Positions 1 through 12,351 are shown, counted from the first letter of the stretch. The stretch: DNA of 64,000 nt from Nitrospiraceae bacterium (GCA_037442105.1 JBBIQV010000004.1:1-64000); one strand, 5' to 3'. Notes: a model not told the origin generated them from the sequence alone. Translations and numbers: made by a program.

Positions 1-248
1 CCAAGGAAGAGGGGGGGCGGCACACGCCGTTCTTCAACGGGTACCGGCCGCAGTTTTATTTCCGGACCACGGACGTGACGGGCATCGTGCAGTTGAATCC
101 GGGGGTGGAGATGGTGATGCCGGGGGACAATGTGAGTGTGGCGGCGGAGTTGATCAGCCCGATCGCGATGGATCAAGGGTTGCGGTTTGCGGTGCGCGAG
201 GGCGGCAAGACCGTCGGCTCGGGGGTGGTCACGGAAATCTTGGCCTGA
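1..248 (+). CDS. tuf: Elongation factor Tu, 3' end (partial, copy 1)
   Basis: Translates to ...[27 protein letters not shown]...[10 protein letters not shown]; nearly identical to 16523-16770. Confidence 0.98.
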   Translation, partial: KEEGGRHTPFFNGYRPQFYFRTTDVTGIVQLNPGVEMVMPGDNVSVAAELISPIAMDQGLRFAVREGGKTVGSGVVTEILA

Positions 249-286
249 AGTTGAGAGCTGTCAGCTGACAGCTAAGGAGAGTTGAG

Positions 287-436
287 ATGCGCGAAATCAT
301 CGACATGGCCTGCACGGTCTGTAAAGAACGGAATTATTCGACCATGAAGAACAAGAAGAACGACCCTGACCGACTGGAGCGCAACAAGTTTTGCCGCGTC
401 TGCCGGAAACACACGCCGCATAAGGAGGTGAAATAG
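287..436 (+). CDS. rpmG: 50S ribosomal protein L33 (Zn-ribbon, CxxC..CxxC form)
   Basis: Not in ORF track; hand-translated [57 protein letters not shown] upstream. Confidence 0.96.
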   Translation: MREIIDMACTVCKERNYSTMKNKKNDPDRLERNKFCRVCRKHTPHKEVK

Positions 437-538
437 GCGAGAGGTTATAGGCTATGGGCTATCGGTAAGAGGATTGATAGCGGTCACCTCCGCTACCTAG
501 TTGTCTATCGCCCTTTGCCTATTGCCTGCGCGAAGCGG

Positions 539-615
539 AGGGGCATGGTGTTCAACGGCTAGCACGTCGGTCTCCAAAACCGAAGGTCTGGGTTCGATTC
601 CTAGTGCCCCTGCCA
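539..615 (+). tRNA. tRNA-Trp (CCA)
   Basis: Acceptor stem AGGGGCA/TGCCCCT, anticodon arm TCGGT-CTCCAAA-ACCGA, T-loop TTCGATT, encoded 3' CCA; canonical rpmG-trnW-secE position. Confidence 0.97.
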
Positions 616-783
616 CCCCAAGCTTGCTCGTACTGGGCGTCCTATGATGGCTCTTGGCGCCTGGATGGACACCTTGGGGGTTGGTTTTTGATGTAGAAGC
701 TTGCTCGACCCGGAGCCTCTCCAATTGCTCTTGGCGACGAGATAAATAACTTGATGGAATGATTCAGAAATTAGGAGGCAAGG

Positions 784-978
784 ATGTTTTCGAAGCTGAC
801 CGCGTCGATCCGCGAATTCTTTAGCGACGTCAGGGGCGAGGTGAAGAAGATCTCGTTCCCGACACAGGCTGAAACGGTTGGCTCAACGACGGTTGTCGTC
901 GTGTTCTGCATCATCATGTCGTTGTATCTCTCGGTGGTGGATTCGTTCCTGGCGTGGCTGGTGCGCAAGATCATTTGA
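784..978 (+). CDS. secE: Preprotein translocase subunit SecE
   Basis: EVKKISFP motif plus single TM helix, upstream of nusG. Confidence 0.95.
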   Translation: MFSKLTASIREFFSDVRGEVKKISFPTQAETVGSTTVVVVFCIIMSLYLSVVDSFLAWLVRKII

Positions 979-1072
979 TGGCAGCGTCGCCTGATGACGT
1001 ACGGAACACGGAGATGAGTTTGGGGGCGGCCGGATGTGGGTGGAGTGTCCGGTGTTGGTCTGAGGGGTGGCG

Positions 1073-1609
1073 ATGAATAAGAACTGGTATGTCATTCATA
1101 CCTATGCCGGGTTTGAAGGGCGTGTGAAAACCAGTCTCCTGGAACGAGCTAACCAGATGGGATTGGTCGAGAAGCTTGGCCAGGTGCTAGTGCCGACGGA
1201 AGATGTGGTCGAGATTAAAGATGGAAAGCGACGGACCTCCCGACGAAAGTTTTTCCCGGGCTATGTCTTGGTCGAACTCGAATCGCCGCTGACGGATGAA
1301 ACTTTGCAGATGATCAAGGAGACTCCAAAGGTCACCGGGTTTGTCGGAGGCGGAGCCCAGCCAACTCCCCTTACGGCGGAGGAAGTGGAGTCACTCCTGA
1401 AGCAGGTGGATGCGAGCACGGCCGGCCCGCGCGAGCAGATTCGGTTTATCAAGGGGGACAACGTTCGGATTATCGACGGGCCTTTCTTAGGTTTTAATGG
1501 AGTGGTTGACGAGGTAGACACCGATCACAGTCGAGTGAAGGTGTTCGTCAGCATCTTCGGCCGGTCAACACCGGTCGAACTGAGTTTCTTGCAAGTGGAA
1601 CGGATTTAG
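1073..1609 (+). CDS. nusG: Transcription termination/antitermination factor NusG
   Basis: WYVIHTYAGFE, FFPGYVLV, KOW domain, IFGRSTPVEL. Confidence 0.98.
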   Translation: MNKNWYVIHTYAGFEGRVKTSLLERANQMGLVEKLGQVLVPTEDVVEIKDGKRRTSRRKFFPGYVLVELESPLTDETLQMIKETPKVTGFVGGGAQPTPLTAEEVESLLKQVDASTAGPREQIRFIKGDNVRIIDGPFLGFNGVVDEVDTDHSRVKVFVSIFGRSTPVELSFLQVERI

Positions 1610-1733
1610 ACAGTCAGCCAGTAGCGAATAGCCAGCAGCGAACAGCAATGAGCGGGCAGCACGCTGCAAATAATCTGATAGTTCCATGCTACTAGCTGTT
1701 CACTCCTCGCTGCTCGCTTAGGAGAGTAATTCA

Positions 1734-2156
1734 ATGGCAAAGGAAGTATCTGCGCAGATCAAGTTGCAAGTCCCCGCGGGGAAGGCCAACCCGGCCCCGC
1801 CCATCGGCCCGTCGCTGGGCCAGCACGGCGTGAATATTATGGAGTTCTGTAAACAGTTTAATGCGCGAACTCAGAAGGAAGGCGACAGCATTATCCCTGT
1901 GATCATCACTGTTTATAAGGATCGCACATTCACCTTCATCCTGAAGACTCCGCCCGCTTCCGATCTGCTCAAAAAGGCAGCCGGAATTATCAAGGGCTCC
2001 GGGGTTCCTCATAAGGACAAGGTGGGTAAGGTCACGAAGGCGCAGGTTCGGGAAATCGCCCAGAAGAAGATGACGGACTTGAATGCGGCCGATCTGGAAG
2101 GGGCGATCAAAATTATTGAGGGCACAGCTCGGAGCATGGGGGTTGTCATCCAGTAA
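1734..2156 (+). CDS. rplK: 50S ribosomal protein L11
   Basis: [19 protein letters not shown] motif. Confidence 0.98.
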   Translation: MAKEVSAQIKLQVPAGKANPAPPIGPSLGQHGVNIMEFCKQFNARTQKEGDSIIPVIITVYKDRTFTFILKTPPASDLLKKAAGIIKGSGVPHKDKVGKVTKAQVREIAQKKMTDLNAADLEGAIKIIEGTARSMGVVIQ

Positions 2157-2195
2157 CGACTGGATGCGAGCAAAGCATAAGTAAGGAGCAGGGAC

Positions 2196-2888
2196 ATGGG
2201 AAAGAAGATGAAGGCAGCGACGGAGAAGGTGGAGCCTCGCCTCTATGGCCTGCGGGATGCCGTCGAGGTCGTAAAGAAGGCTGCCTATGCCAAGTTCGAT
2301 GAGTCGGTGGATTTGGCGATTCGGCTGGGAGTGGATCCTAAACGATCGGATCAAATGGTGCGCGGCACTACTGCCTTGCCGCACGGGACGGGGAAGAAGG
2401 TGCGGGTCCTCGTTTTTGCGAAGGGAGAAAAGGAGCAGGAAGCGCGCCAGGCTGGTGCCGACTACGTCGGCGCTGACGATCTGATGGAAAAAATCAAGGG
2501 CGGATGGATGGATTTTGACTGCGCCATTGCCACGCCTGATCTGATGGGGGCCGTCGGAAAGCTCGGCAAGGTCCTCGGACCGCGCGGACTCATGCCGAAT
2601 CCGAAGACCGGCACGGTGACTTTCGAAGTGGGAAAAGCTATTGCGGAGATTCGAAGGGGCCGCGTGGAATTTAAGGTGGAGAAGGCGGGGATTGTTCAGG
2701 TTCCGGTGGGGAAGGTTTCGTTCGAGCCCACGAAACTCTACGATAACGCCCAGGCTGTATTGGAATCGGTAATGAAGGCCAAGCCGGCATCCTGCAAGGG
2801 CCGGTACCTTAGGAGCGTGACCATCTCCAGCACGATGGGGCCCGGCGTGAAACTGGACACGGTGGCCATTGCCAAAGCGTGGAGTTGA
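2196..2888 (+). CDS. rplA: 50S ribosomal protein L1
   Basis: [29 protein letters not shown]. Confidence 0.98.
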   Translation: MGKKMKAATEKVEPRLYGLRDAVEVVKKAAYAKFDESVDLAIRLGVDPKRSDQMVRGTTALPHGTGKKVRVLVFAKGEKEQEARQAGADYVGADDLMEKIKGGWMDFDCAIATPDLMGAVGKLGKVLGPRGLMPNPKTGTVTFEVGKAIAEIRRGRVEFKVEKAGIVQVPVGKVSFEPTKLYDNAQAVLESVMKAKPASCKGRYLRSVTISSTMGPGVKLDTVAIAKAWS

Positions 2889-2922
2889 GAAGGAAGCTAG
2901 GGAGAGAAAATAGGAGAGGGAG

Positions 2923-3858
2923 ATGAAACGGGAAGAGAAAGCGACAGCGGTTGCTGAGCTGACGGAAAAGTTCGGTCGAGCCAGGATCGCGATTCTGACT
3001 GAATGCGCGGGCCTTCCGGTCAACCAGGTGACGGAACTCCGCAGGCAGTTGCGCGGGGCCAAGGCAGAATACAAGGTCGTCAAGAACACCTTGGCGGCGA
3101 GGGCCTGCGAGGGTACTAGCATCGCCGGTGCGAAGCCGCACTTTAAGGGGCCGTTGGGCGTCGTGATCGGCTACGACGACCCTGTTCTGCCGACCAAGGT
3201 GTTGAGGGACTTCATTCAGGCTGAGAAACGCGAGGAAAAGATCAAGATTACCGTCGGCGTCCTCGATGGCAAGGTCGTCCAGCCGGCCGAACTGGCCGCT
3301 GTCGCAAAATTGCCGAAGAAGGAAGTCTTGGTGTCGATGCTTCTTTCAGCCATGCAGGGGCCGGTGCGGGGTCTGGTCTATGCGTTGAGCGGTGTGTTGA
3401 GCGGATTAGTGCGAGTGGTGGCAGCTATTCAGGAAAAAAAGAAAGGGGAGGGGGACATGCCAGCAACAGAAGGAAGGCTATCGCAGGACGAGTTGATCAA
3501 AGCAATCGAGAGCATGAGCGTATTGGAGCTGTCCGAATTGGTCAAGGGGCTCGAGAGCCGGTTTGGTGTGACGGCGGCGGCTCCGGTGGCGGTGGCGGCT
3601 GCCCCGGCCGGAGGTGGCGCGGCAGCGGCTCCGGCAGAGGAAAAGACGGCTTTTGACGTAATCCTCGCCAGCGCTCCGGCGGATAAGAAAATTCAGGTCA
3701 TCAAGGTGGTTCGCGAGTTGACCAGTCTTGGCTTGAAGGAAGCCAAAGATCTTGTCGAGGGCGCCCCGAAACCGGTGAAGACCGGCGTGACGAAGGAAGA
3801 AGCGGATACGATGAAGAAGAAGCTCGAGGAAGGCGGAGCAAAGGTCGAGATCAAGTAA
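2923..3858 (+). CDS. rplJ: In-frame fusion of ribosomal protein L10 (aa 1-178) and L7/L12
   Basis: N-part has L10 motifs ([26 protein letters not shown]); no stop before the L12 moiety. Confidence 0.9.
   Translation: MKREEKATAVAELTEKFGRARIAILTECAGLPVNQVTELRRQLRGAKAEYKVVKNTLAARACEGTSIAGAKPHFKGPLGVVIGYDDPVLPTKVLRDFIQAEKREEKIKITVGVLDGKVVQPAELAAVAKLPKKEVLVSMLLSAMQGPVRGLVYALSGVLSGLVRVVAAIQEKKKGEGDMPATEGRLSQDELIKAIESMSVLELSELVKGLESRFGVTAAAPVAVAAAPAGGGAAAAPAEEKTAFDVILASAPADKKIQVIKVVRELTSLGLKEAKDLVEGAPKPVKTGVTKEEADTMKKKLEEGGAKVEIK
3457..3858 (+). CDS. rplL: 50S ribosomal protein L7/L12 (probable internal start within the fused ORF)
   Basis: ATG at 3457 preceded by [49 protein letters not shown]. 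Confidence 0.88.
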   Translation: MPATEGRLSQDELIKAIESMSVLELSELVKGLESRFGVTAAAPVAVAAAPAGGGAAAAPAEEKTAFDVILASAPADKKIQVIKVVRELTSLGLKEAKDLVEGAPKPVKTGVTKEEADTMKKKLEEGGAKVEIK

Positions 3859-3975
3859 GAAGTAAGAGCGTCAATGGTCATTCGTCAACCTTGTGTGGAT
3901 GGTCGGCGACTGGCGGTTGACGAGAGGCGCGCACGGCTGGTGCGCGCGTGACGATTTAGCTTGGAGGAGTGAGGA

Positions 3976-6900
3976 ATGCCCGAAACGACTCTCAGTGAGT
4001 TCGTCGAACGGAAGGACTTCTCTCGAATCCGTACCAGTATCGAGATTCCGGATCTGATCGAGATACAGAAGCGCTCCTACGAAGAGTTTCTCCAAATGGA
4101 GGCGGAACCGGAGCGCCGGAGCGATCAGGGGTTGCAAGCCGCCTTGGCGAGCGTGTTTCCGATCGCCGATTACAACAATACGGCTGTGTTGGAATTCTCC
4201 AGCTACTCCCTGGGGGCCCCGAAGTACGATGAGCGGGAGTGCCAAGAGCAGGGCATGACCTTTGCGGTGCCGTTGAAGCTCCGCGTTCGCCTGGTCGTGT
4301 TCGATAAAGAAGACAAGGGACCCAAGAAGAAAGTCCTCGATGTGCGCGAACAAGAGGTCTACGTCGGAGAGCTTCCCTTGATGACCGAACGGGGGACGTT
4401 CATTATCAACGGAACAGAGCGGGTCGTCGTGAGCCAGCTCCACCGGTCTCCTGGCGCGTCCTTTACCCATGATAAGGGTCGGACGCACGCGAGCGGCAAA
4501 GTCCTCTATTCCGCCCGCATCATCCCCTATCGTGGTTCGTGGCTCGATTTCGAATTCGACGCCCGGGACATCCTCTATGTCCGCATCGATCGCCGGCGCA
4601 AGATGCAGGCAACGATTCTCCTGAAAGCGTTCGGCTATTCGGCCGACGATCTCCTTAAGATGTATTATCCAGTCGAGGAGATTCGCGTGGTCAAGGGTAA
4701 ACTGATGCGGAAGTTGGATCCGGAGATCCACCACGGGCTGCGGTGCGCCACGGAAGTGACGGAGAAGGGGGGCAAGGAGCCGATCGTTCGGGAGGGTGGG
4801 AAGCTGACCAGGACGTTGATCGCTCGCTTGAAGGCAGCCGGTATTAAGGAAGTGCCTGCCGCGCCGGCGGAATTTGTGGGCCGAGCGGTGTTGACCGAGT
4901 TGGTCGATCCTAAGAGCAAGCAGAAAATTGCCGAGAAGAATCAGCGTCTGACGGCGGAGATCATCGAGAAAATTCTGGAGAGCGAGGTCGAGGATTTCAA
5001 GGTCATCTATTTGGATACCGCAACTGCGACACCTGTCATTCTCGACACACTGGAGATGGAACGAACCGGCTCCAAGGAAGAGGCGATGGTGGAAATATAT
5101 CGCCGCTTACGGCCGGGAGAAACTCCGTCGATCGATACGGCGAAGGCGCTGTTCGACAACCTGTTTCTCAACGCCAAGCGCTACGATTTGTCGCCTGTGG
5201 GGAGGCTTAAACTCAACAAGAAGCTTGGACTCGATCTGCCGCTCGATCAGCGGACGCTCACGGCGCAGGATATCGTCGAGGTCATCCGCTATCTTGTGAA
5301 TCTCAAAATGGGGAAGGGAGAGATCGACGACATCGACCATTTGGGCAATCGCCGGGTTCGCTCGGTCGGCGAGCTGTTGGAGAATCAGTTCCGGCTGGGT
5401 TTGGTTCGGATGGAGCGCAGCATCAAAGAGCGCATGAACCTGCTCGATATGGAGACCGTGCTTCCGCACGACTTGATCAACGCAAAGCCGGTGGTGGCGG
5501 CGATCAAGGAGTTCTTCAGCAGCAGCCAGCTCTCGCAGTTCATGGATCAGACGAACCCGCTGGCGGAGATTACGCACAAACGCCGTCTGTCCGCGCTCGG
5601 TCCTGGCGGGCTGACACGGGAACGGGCCGGCTTCGAGGTCCGCGACGTGCACCCCTCGCACTATAGTCGTATCTGTCCGATCGAAACGCCCGAAGGACCG
5701 AACATCGGCTTGATCACGTCGCTGGCGACCTATGCACGCATCAACCAGTTCGGATTTATCGAAGCGCCCTACCGTAAAGTCGTAAAGGGCCGCGTCACGG
5801 ATACCATCGAGTTCTTGTCGGCTATCGAGGGTGACAAATATGTCATCGCGCAGGCCAACTCGAAAGTCGACGGGTCCGGCCGGTTGGTATCGGAAACGAT
5901 CTCGGCCCGATACGGCGGTGATTTTATTACGGCGTCACCCGACAAAGTCGAATATATGGATGTGTCGCCGAAGCAGGTGGTCAGTGTGGCGACCGCGTTG
6001 GTGCCGTTTCTTGAGCATGACGACGCCAACCGTGCCTTGATGGGGTCCAACATGCAGCGCCAGGCGGTGCCGCTCATTACGTCGGAGGCTCCGCTCGTCG
6101 GGACTGGGATGGAAGCCGTTGTGGCGCGCGATTCTGGTTATGTCGTGCAAGCTCGGCGGGCAGGGGTGGTGGAGAGTGTGGATGCGACCCGCATTGTCGT
6201 GCGAGCGGATTCCAAAGAAGGGCGTCGTCGGAACGATGCCGGGCTCGACGTGTACGAACTGATCAAGTTCCAGCGCTCCAACCAGAATACGTGTATCACG
6301 CAAACGCCGGTTGTACGGATCGGCCAGCCGGTCAAGAAAGGCCAGGTATTGGCCGACGGTCCGGCGATCGATCACGGCGAGTTGGCGTTGGGCAAGAATG
6401 TGCTTGTCGCCTTTATGCCGTGGGGTGGGTTCAACTTCGAAGATGCGATTCTCCTCAGCGAAAAGCTGGTTCGCGAGGATGCCTTCACCTCGATTCATAT
6501 CGAAGAATTCGAGGTCGAGGCGCGCGATACAAAGCTGGGCAAGGAAGAAATCACCCGCGACATTCCGAACGTGGGGGAGGAAGCCCTGCGCAATTTGGAT
6601 GAAAGCGGCATTATCCGCATCGGCGCGGAGGTCAAGCCGGGGGACATCTTGGTCGGCAAGGTGACGCCGAAAGGGGAAACGCAGCTCACGCCGGAAGAGA
6701 AATTGCTGCGGGCGATCTTCGGTGAAAAGGCCGGCGATGTGAAGGATACTTCCCTAACCGTTCCTCCCGGCGTCGAGGGGATCGTCGTCGATGTGAAGAT
6801 TTTCTCGCGCAAGGGGTTGGATAAGGATGAACGCTCCAAGAGCATCGAGAGCGAAGATGCGTTGAAGCTGCAGCGCGATCACCATGACGAGTTGCGGATC

Positions 6901-7935
6901 ATCGAAGAAGAGAAAACCAAGAAAGTTCGCAAACTATTGCTCGGTAAAGTCGTCGGTCGGGACATTATGGACCCGGAAACGGGCGACGTCATTTTGAAGA
7001 AGAAAGGCAAGCTGACGGCCGAGATCCTGAAGCGCTTGCCGGACGATGCCATCCGGCACATCATGCTCAGCGATCCGGATGAACAGAAGGAGCTGGAGGA
7101 CATCGAGCGGCGAGCGAAAGAGCAGATCGAGATCCTTCAGACGCTGTACGACGAGAAAGTCGGCCGCCTCAAGCGGGGGGACGAACTGCCGCCCGGCGTA
7201 ATCAAGCTCGTCAAGGTCTACATCGCGATGAAACGGAAGATCCAGGTCGGCGACAAGATGGCCGGACGCCACGGGAACAAGGGCGTGGTCTCGCGGGTGC
7301 TGCCCGAGGAGGACATGCCGTATCTGCCGGACGGCACTCCGGTCGAGATCGTCTTGAATCCGCTCGGCGTGCCGTCTCGTATGAACGTGGGACAGATTCT
7401 CGAGACGCATTTAGGATGGGCTGCCAAGGCCTTGGGAGTCAAAGTGGCCAGCCCGGTGTTCGACGGAGCCTCAGAGTCGGAGATCAAGGATCTGCTCAAG
7501 AAAGCTAAGCTGCCGACTTCCGGGCAAACGGTGCTTACGGATGGACGGACCGGCGAACCGTTCGGTAGCCCGGTCACGGTAGGTAATATGTACGTGCTGA
7601 AATTGCATCACCTCGTCGATGACAAGATCCATGCCCGTTCCATTGGGCCCTACTCGTTGGTGACGCAGCAACCGCTTGGTGGGAAGGCGCAGTTCGGTGG
7701 GCAGCGATTGGGAGAAATGGAGGTGTGGGCGTTGCAGGCCTATGGTGCCGCGTCCACATTGCAGGAATTCCTGACCGTCAAGTCCGATGACGTGCCTGGC
7801 CGGTCGCGCATGTACGAAGCAGTGGTGAAAGGGGAGCCGTTCCTCGAGCCGGGTCTCCCCGAGTCGTTCAACGTCCTCGTGAAAGAATTGCAAAGTCTGG
7901 GACTCGACGTCGAGCTGGTGAAATCGAAAGAATAA
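3976..7935 (+). CDS. rpoB: RNA polymerase beta subunit
   Basis: [42 protein letters not shown]. Confidence 0.99.
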   Translation: MPETTLSEFVERKDFSRIRTSIEIPDLIEIQKRSYEEFLQMEAEPERRSDQGLQAALASVFPIADYNNTAVLEFSSYSLGAPKYDERECQEQGMTFAVPLKLRVRLVVFDKEDKGPKKKVLDVREQEVYVGELPLMTERGTFIINGTERVVVSQLHRSPGASFTHDKGRTHASGKVLYSARIIPYRGSWLDFEFDARDILYVRIDRRRKMQATILLKAFGYSADDLLKMYYPVEEIRVVKGKLMRKLDPEIHHGLRCATEVTEKGGKEPIVREGGKLTRTLIARLKAAGIKEVPAAPAEFVGRAVLTELVDPKSKQKIAEKNQRLTAEIIEKILESEVEDFKVIYLDTATATPVILDTLEMERTGSKEEAMVEIYRRLRPGETPSIDTAKALFDNLFLNAKRYDLSPVGRLKLNKKLGLDLPLDQRTLTAQDIVEVIRYLVNLKMGKGEIDDIDHLGNRRVRSVGELLENQFRLGLVRMERSIKERMNLLDMETVLPHDLINAKPVVAAIKEFFSSSQLSQFMDQTNPLAEITHKRRLSALGPGGLTRERAGFEVRDVHPSHYSRICPIETPEGPNIGLITSLATYARINQFGFIEAPYRKVVKGRVTDTIEFLSAIEGDKYVIAQANSKVDGSGRLVSETISARYGGDFITASPDKVEYMDVSPKQVVSVATALVPFLEHDDANRALMGSNMQRQAVPLITSEAPLVGTGMEAVVARDSGYVVQARRAGVVESVDATRIVVRADSKEGRRRNDAGLDVYELIKFQRSNQNTCITQTPVVRIGQPVKKGQVLADGPAIDHGELALGKNVLVAFMPWGGFNFEDAILLSEKLVREDAFTSIHIEEFEVEARDTKLGKEEITRDIPNVGEEALRNLDESGIIRIGAEVKPGDILVGKVTPKGETQLTPEEKLLRAIFGEKAGDVKDTSLTVPPGVEGIVVDVKIFSRKGLDKDERSKSIESEDALKLQRDHHDELRIIEEEKTKKVRKLLLGKVVGRDIMDPETGDVILKKKGKLTAEILKRLPDDAIRHIMLSDPDEQKELEDIERRAKEQIEILQTLYDEKVGRLKRGDELPPGVIKLVKVYIAMKRKIQVGDKMAGRHGNKGVVSRVLPEEDMPYLPDGTPVEIVLNPLGVPSRMNVGQILETHLGWAAKALGVKVASPVFDGASESEIKDLLKKAKLPTSGQTVLTDGRTGEPFGSPVTVGNMYVLKLHHLVDDKIHARSIGPYSLVTQQPLGGKAQFGGQRLGEMEVWALQAYGAASTLQEFLTVKSDDVPGRSRMYEAVVKGEPFLEPGLPESFNVLVKELQSLGLDVELVKSKE

Positions 7936-8041
7936 CGATAGCAATCAGCCAGTAGCGGTCAGCCGGGATACGAAGCGAAGTCGGTGCTGAAGGCTGATTG
8001 CTGAAAGCTGACAGCCTACCTCATACAAGGGAGGTCATACC

Positions 8042-11000
8042 TTGGAAGGCGTCTATACATTGTTCGAGAAGCCACGGGACTCGGTATCCTTTGATTCCAT
8101 GCGGATCAGGGTCGCCTCGCCGGAGAAGATCCGGTCTTGGTCCTATGGAGAGGTAAAGAAACCGGAGACGATCAACTATCGATCGTTCAAGCCGGAGAAA
8201 GACGGTCTGTTCTGCGCCAAGATTTTCGGGCCGATCAAAGACTGGGAGTGTAACTGCGGCAAATACAAGCGCATGAAGCATCGTGGCATCATCTGTGACA
8301 AGTGCGGCGTGGAGGTCATTCAGTCCAAGGTGCGTCGGGAGCGGATGGGCCACATCGAGCTGGCGGCGCCGGTGGCGCATATTTGGTTCCTCAAGGGTGT
8401 GCCCAGCCGGATCGGCACGCTTTTGGACATGAGTCTCAAGCAGTTGGAAAAGATCCTCTACTTCGAAAGTTACGTGGCGGTAGATCCTGGCAGCACGAAT
8501 CTAAGTGAAAAAGAACTCGTCAGCGAGGAAAAACTGCGCCAACTTCAGCAGGAGTACGGCAGCGGGTCCTATAAAGTCGGGATCGGCGCCGAAGCGATCC
8601 GTGACCTGCTCAGGAAGATCGACATCAACGCACTGTGGGATGAACTGCAAGTGAAGGCGAAGGCGTCGACCTCTGCCGCGCTCAAGAAGAAGTATGCGAA
8701 GCGACTAAAAGTGCTTGAAGCGTTCCGCAAGTCCGGCAACAAGCCCGAGTGGATGATCATGGACGTGATCCCCGTGCTTCCACCGGAGTTGAGACCGTTG
8801 GTGCCGCTGGACGGCGGGCGGTTTGCGACCTCCGATCTGAACGATCTCTATCGGCGGGTGATCAACCGGAACAATCGGTTGAAGCGGCTGATTGAACTGA
8901 AGGCGCCCGGCGTGATCATCCGGAACGAGATGCGGATGTTGCAGGAAGCGGTCGATGCCTTGTTCGACAATGGCCGACGCGGGCGGGCTATTCGCGGTCC
9001 CAACAAGCGTCCGCTGAAGTCCCTCAGCGACATGCTGAAAGGCAAGCAGGGTCGCTTCCGCCAGAATCTCCTCGGTAAGCGCGTGGATTATTCTGGCCGC
9101 ACCGTGATCGTCGTGGGGCCGGAATTGCGGCTCCATCAGTGCGGGCTGCCGAAAAAGATGGCGCTAGAGCTGTTCAAGCCCTTTATCTTCCACAAGCTAG
9201 AGGAGCGGGGCGCGGCTACCACAATCAAGAGCGCGAAGCGATTGGTGGAAAAGGAGCGTCCGGAGGTTTGGGACGTGCTCGACGAAGTCATCCGTGAGCA
9301 TCCGGTCCTGCTCAATCGTGCGCCGACGCTGCATCGTCTGGGTATCCAAGCGTTCGATCCCGTGTTGGTCGAAGGGAAAGCGATCCGGTTGCATCCGTTG
9401 GTCTGTGCGGCGTTCAACGCAGACTTCGATGGCGACCAGATGGCGGTGCACGTGCCGTTGTCAGTGGAGGCGCAGGTCGAAGCACGCGTCTTGATGATGT
9501 CGATCAATAACATCCTATCGCCGGCGAACGGGAAGCCAATCGCGGTGCCATCCCAGGACATGGTACTGGGTTGTTACTGGCTGACGAAAGAGCGGGCGGG
9601 AGCCAAAGGCGAAGGGAAGATCTTCGGATCGCCCGAGGAAGTCCGTATCGCCTATGACGCGCGGGAGATCGAAGAGCACGCTCGCATCAAGGTGCGCATC
9701 GGCGGGGCGCTCGTACAAACCACCGTGGGACGCATCTTGATGGCGGAGATCCTTCCGCCGAGCCTCCCCTTCTCGGCCGCGAACAAGGTGATGACCAAGA
9801 AAGAAATGACCAAGCTGATCGATGCGGTCTATCGCCAGGCTGGGCATCGTGAGACGGTGGTGTTCCTCGATCGGATCAAAGACCTTGGGTTCCAGTATGC
9901 GACCAGGGCCGGGGTGTCGATCTGCATCGACAACATGCACATTCCGACCAAGAAAGAAGACTTGATCGGCAAGGCGCAACGTGAGGTCAATGAGATCGAA
10001 AGGCAGTACGCCGAAGGGTTGATTACCAACGGCGAGCGTTACAACAAGGTGATCGATATCTGGGCCCACGTCACGGAACAGGTGGCGAACGAAATGATGA
10101 AGGAACTGGGCAGCGGCGGCGATCCTAAGATGCAGCAGTCCTTCAATCCAATCTTTATGATGGCGGATTCCGGCGCCCGCGGTAGCTCGCAGCAGATTCG
10201 CCAGTTGGGCGGGATGCGCGGACTGATGGCAAAGCCATCCGGCGAAATCATCGAAACGCCCATCACCGCCAATTTCCGCGAGGGGCTGACGGTGTTGCAG
10301 TACTTCATCTCGACGCACGGTGCTCGCAAAGGCTTGGCGGACACGGCGTTGAAGACCGCAAATTCCGGTTACTTGACGAGGCGGCTTGTCGATATCGCGC
10401 AAGACGTGATCGTGAGCGAAATCGACTGTGGAACCAGTGACGGGATTATCGTGGGCGCCTTGGTCGAGGGCGGTGAAGTCATTCAGCCGTTGGAGGAGCG
10501 CATTCTGGGTCGCTTGGCCTCGGAGGATATCCGCGACCCGGTGACCGGAGAAATTATCGCTTCGCAGAACGAGGAAATCGATGAAGAACGGACCAAGGCG
10601 ATCGTGGAGGCCGGAGTCGATCGTGTGAAGATCCGGTCGGTGCTGACCTGCCAATCGCGGCGGGGCGTATGCCGCCTCTGTTATGGACGCGACCTGGCTC
10701 GTGGCCGTCTCGTCGAGAAGGGCGAGCCGGTTGGTGTGACTGCGGCCCAGTCCATCGGGGAGCCAGGTACGCAGCTTACGATGCGAACCTTCCACATCGG
10801 TGGAACTGCGAGCAAGGTGGTTGAGCAAACAGTGCTCGAAGCGAAACATGCTGGCCATATCAAATTCATGAGCTTCGACGCCAAGAAAAATGCCGATGTA
10901 CATAACGCGGGCATTGCGGTTCGGAACAAAGAGGGCGAATGGGTAGTGATGAACCGGAATGCCAAGATCGCCATTGCAGACGAAACGGGTCGCGAGCGCG

Positions 11001-12226
11001 AGAAGTATCCCGTCGTCTACGGGGCTAAGATCAAGATCAAGGACGGCGACCGCGTGGAAACGGGCCAGAAGCTTGTGGAGTGGGACCCCTATTCGCTGTT
11101 TATCTTAACGGAGGCGGGCGGCAAGGTGGCCTACGGCGACATCATCGAAGGCGTCACGATGAAGGAGGAATTCGACGAGGTCACGGGTCTGTCGCGCAAA
11201 GTGATCATCGAGCATTCCGGCGCGACGCTCCGACCCCGCCTTTCCATTAAGGATGAAAGTGGAAAGACAGCCAAGGTTTCCGGCAGCGGCGCCACTGTGG
11301 CGCGGTACCTCTTGCCGGTTGGGGCCAATATTTCTGTCGAGAAGGGACAGATGGTCCATCCCGGCGACGTGCTGGCTAAGATTCCGCGGGAGACCACCAA
11401 GACCAAAGATATCACCGGTGGTCTGCCGCGCGTGGCGGAATTGTTCGAGGCGCGCAAGCCGAAGGAACATGCCGTGATCAGCGAAATTGACGGCGAGGTG
11501 TCCTATGGCGGGTTCGTCAAGGGCATGCGCAAAGTGCTCGTCGATAACAAGATGGGGGATGTGAAGGAGTACTTCATCCCGAAGGGCAAGCACGTCAATG
11601 TGCATGAAGGCGACTGGGTTCGCGCCGGGGAGCCGCTGATGGACGGCTCGGCCAATCCGCACGACATTCTCGACGTGCTCGGCCCGAAGGAGCTGCAGAA
11701 GTACCTCGTGGACGAAGTGCAGGACGTTTACCGCTTGCAAGGCGTCACCATCAACGACAAGCACATCGAAATTATCGTGCGGCAGATGTTGCGCAAGGTG
11801 CGCATCGAAGACCCGGGCGATACGGAGTTCTTGCCGGGCAGCCAGGTCAGCAAGTGGGTCTTCGAAGAAGAGAACGGGCGGGTGTTGGGGAAGGGCGGAA
11901 AGCCAGCGCTGGGCAAGCCTGTCCTTTTGGGTATTACCAAGGCCGCACTCACTACGGATAGTTTTATTTCCGCCGCCTCGTTCCAAGAAACGACGCGCGT
12001 GTTGACGGAAGCCGCGATCAATGGGAAAGAAGATAATCTGCTAGGGCTGAAGGAAAACGTGATCGTCGGCCGATTGATTCCGGCCGGGACCGGATTTGAT
12101 GAGTATCGGGACACGTTCGTGATCAGCTCAAAACCGGAAGCCGCTATCCAGGAAGGAGGCGGTGAGTCTGTGGCAATCGGCCAGGAGGGTGTGGCAGCCA
12201 CTACTGGTGATGCGGCTCGTGGCTAA
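8042..12226 (+). CDS. rpoC: RNA polymerase beta' subunit (TTG start)
   Basis: [12 protein letters not shown] catalytic motif, Zn-finger cysteines; SD GGAGG upstream of TTG. Confidence 0.99.
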   Translation: MEGVYTLFEKPRDSVSFDSMRIRVASPEKIRSWSYGEVKKPETINYRSFKPEKDGLFCAKIFGPIKDWECNCGKYKRMKHRGIICDKCGVEVIQSKVRRERMGHIELAAPVAHIWFLKGVPSRIGTLLDMSLKQLEKILYFESYVAVDPGSTNLSEKELVSEEKLRQLQQEYGSGSYKVGIGAEAIRDLLRKIDINALWDELQVKAKASTSAALKKKYAKRLKVLEAFRKSGNKPEWMIMDVIPVLPPELRPLVPLDGGRFATSDLNDLYRRVINRNNRLKRLIELKAPGVIIRNEMRMLQEAVDALFDNGRRGRAIRGPNKRPLKSLSDMLKGKQGRFRQNLLGKRVDYSGRTVIVVGPELRLHQCGLPKKMALELFKPFIFHKLEERGAATTIKSAKRLVEKERPEVWDVLDEVIREHPVLLNRAPTLHRLGIQAFDPVLVEGKAIRLHPLVCAAFNADFDGDQMAVHVPLSVEAQVEARVLMMSINNILSPANGKPIAVPSQDMVLGCYWLTKERAGAKGEGKIFGSPEEVRIAYDAREIEEHARIKVRIGGALVQTTVGRILMAEILPPSLPFSAANKVMTKKEMTKLIDAVYRQAGHRETVVFLDRIKDLGFQYATRAGVSICIDNMHIPTKKEDLIGKAQREVNEIERQYAEGLITNGERYNKVIDIWAHVTEQVANEMMKELGSGGDPKMQQSFNPIFMMADSGARGSSQQIRQLGGMRGLMAKPSGEIIETPITANFREGLTVLQYFISTHGARKGLADTALKTANSGYLTRRLVDIAQDVIVSEIDCGTSDGIIVGALVEGGEVIQPLEERILGRLASEDIRDPVTGEIIASQNEEIDEERTKAIVEAGVDRVKIRSVLTCQSRRGVCRLCYGRDLARGRLVEKGEPVGVTAAQSIGEPGTQLTMRTFHIGGTASKVVEQTVLEAKHAGHIKFMSFDAKKNADVHNAGIAVRNKEGEWVVMNRNAKIAIADETGREREKYPVVYGAKIKIKDGDRVETGQKLVEWDPYSLFILTEAGGKVAYGDIIEGVTMKEEFDEVTGLSRKVIIEHSGATLRPRLSIKDESGKTAKVSGSGATVARYLLPVGANISVEKGQMVHPGDVLAKIPRETTKTKDITGGLPRVAELFEARKPKEHAVISEIDGEVSYGGFVKGMRKVLVDNKMGDVKEYFIPKGKHVNVHEGDWVRAGEPLMDGSANPHDILDVLGPKELQKYLVDEVQDVYRLQGVTINDKHIEIIVRQMLRKVRIEDPGDTEFLPGSQVSKWVFEEENGRVLGKGGKPALGKPVLLGITKAALTTDSFISAASFQETTRVLTEAAINGKEDNLLGLKENVIVGRLIPAGTGFDEYRDTFVISSKPEAAIQEGGGESVAIGQEGVAATTGDAARG

Positions 12227-12252
12227 TGTTCGCAGCGGCGAGAGGCCAACGC

Positions 12253-12281
12253 TTGACATCAGGGCATTGCCTCATTATAAT
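12253..12281 (+). promoter_or_regulatory. Consensus sigma70 promoter of the str (rpsL) operon
   Basis: TTGACA (12253-58), 17 nt, TATAAT (12276-81). Confidence 0.85.
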
Positions 12282-12351
12282 CCCACGGCTTCGGTCATGA
12301 ATGCTGAGGCCACAAAGCGGTTTTTTTCTTGCGGCGAGAAGTGAGACTCTG

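Noticed and set aside
5500..5620. Rifampicin-resistance changes in rpoB (also streptomycin sites in rpsL)
   Set aside because: Key residues (Q, D, H, S in cluster I; K42/K87 equivalents in S12) look wild-type
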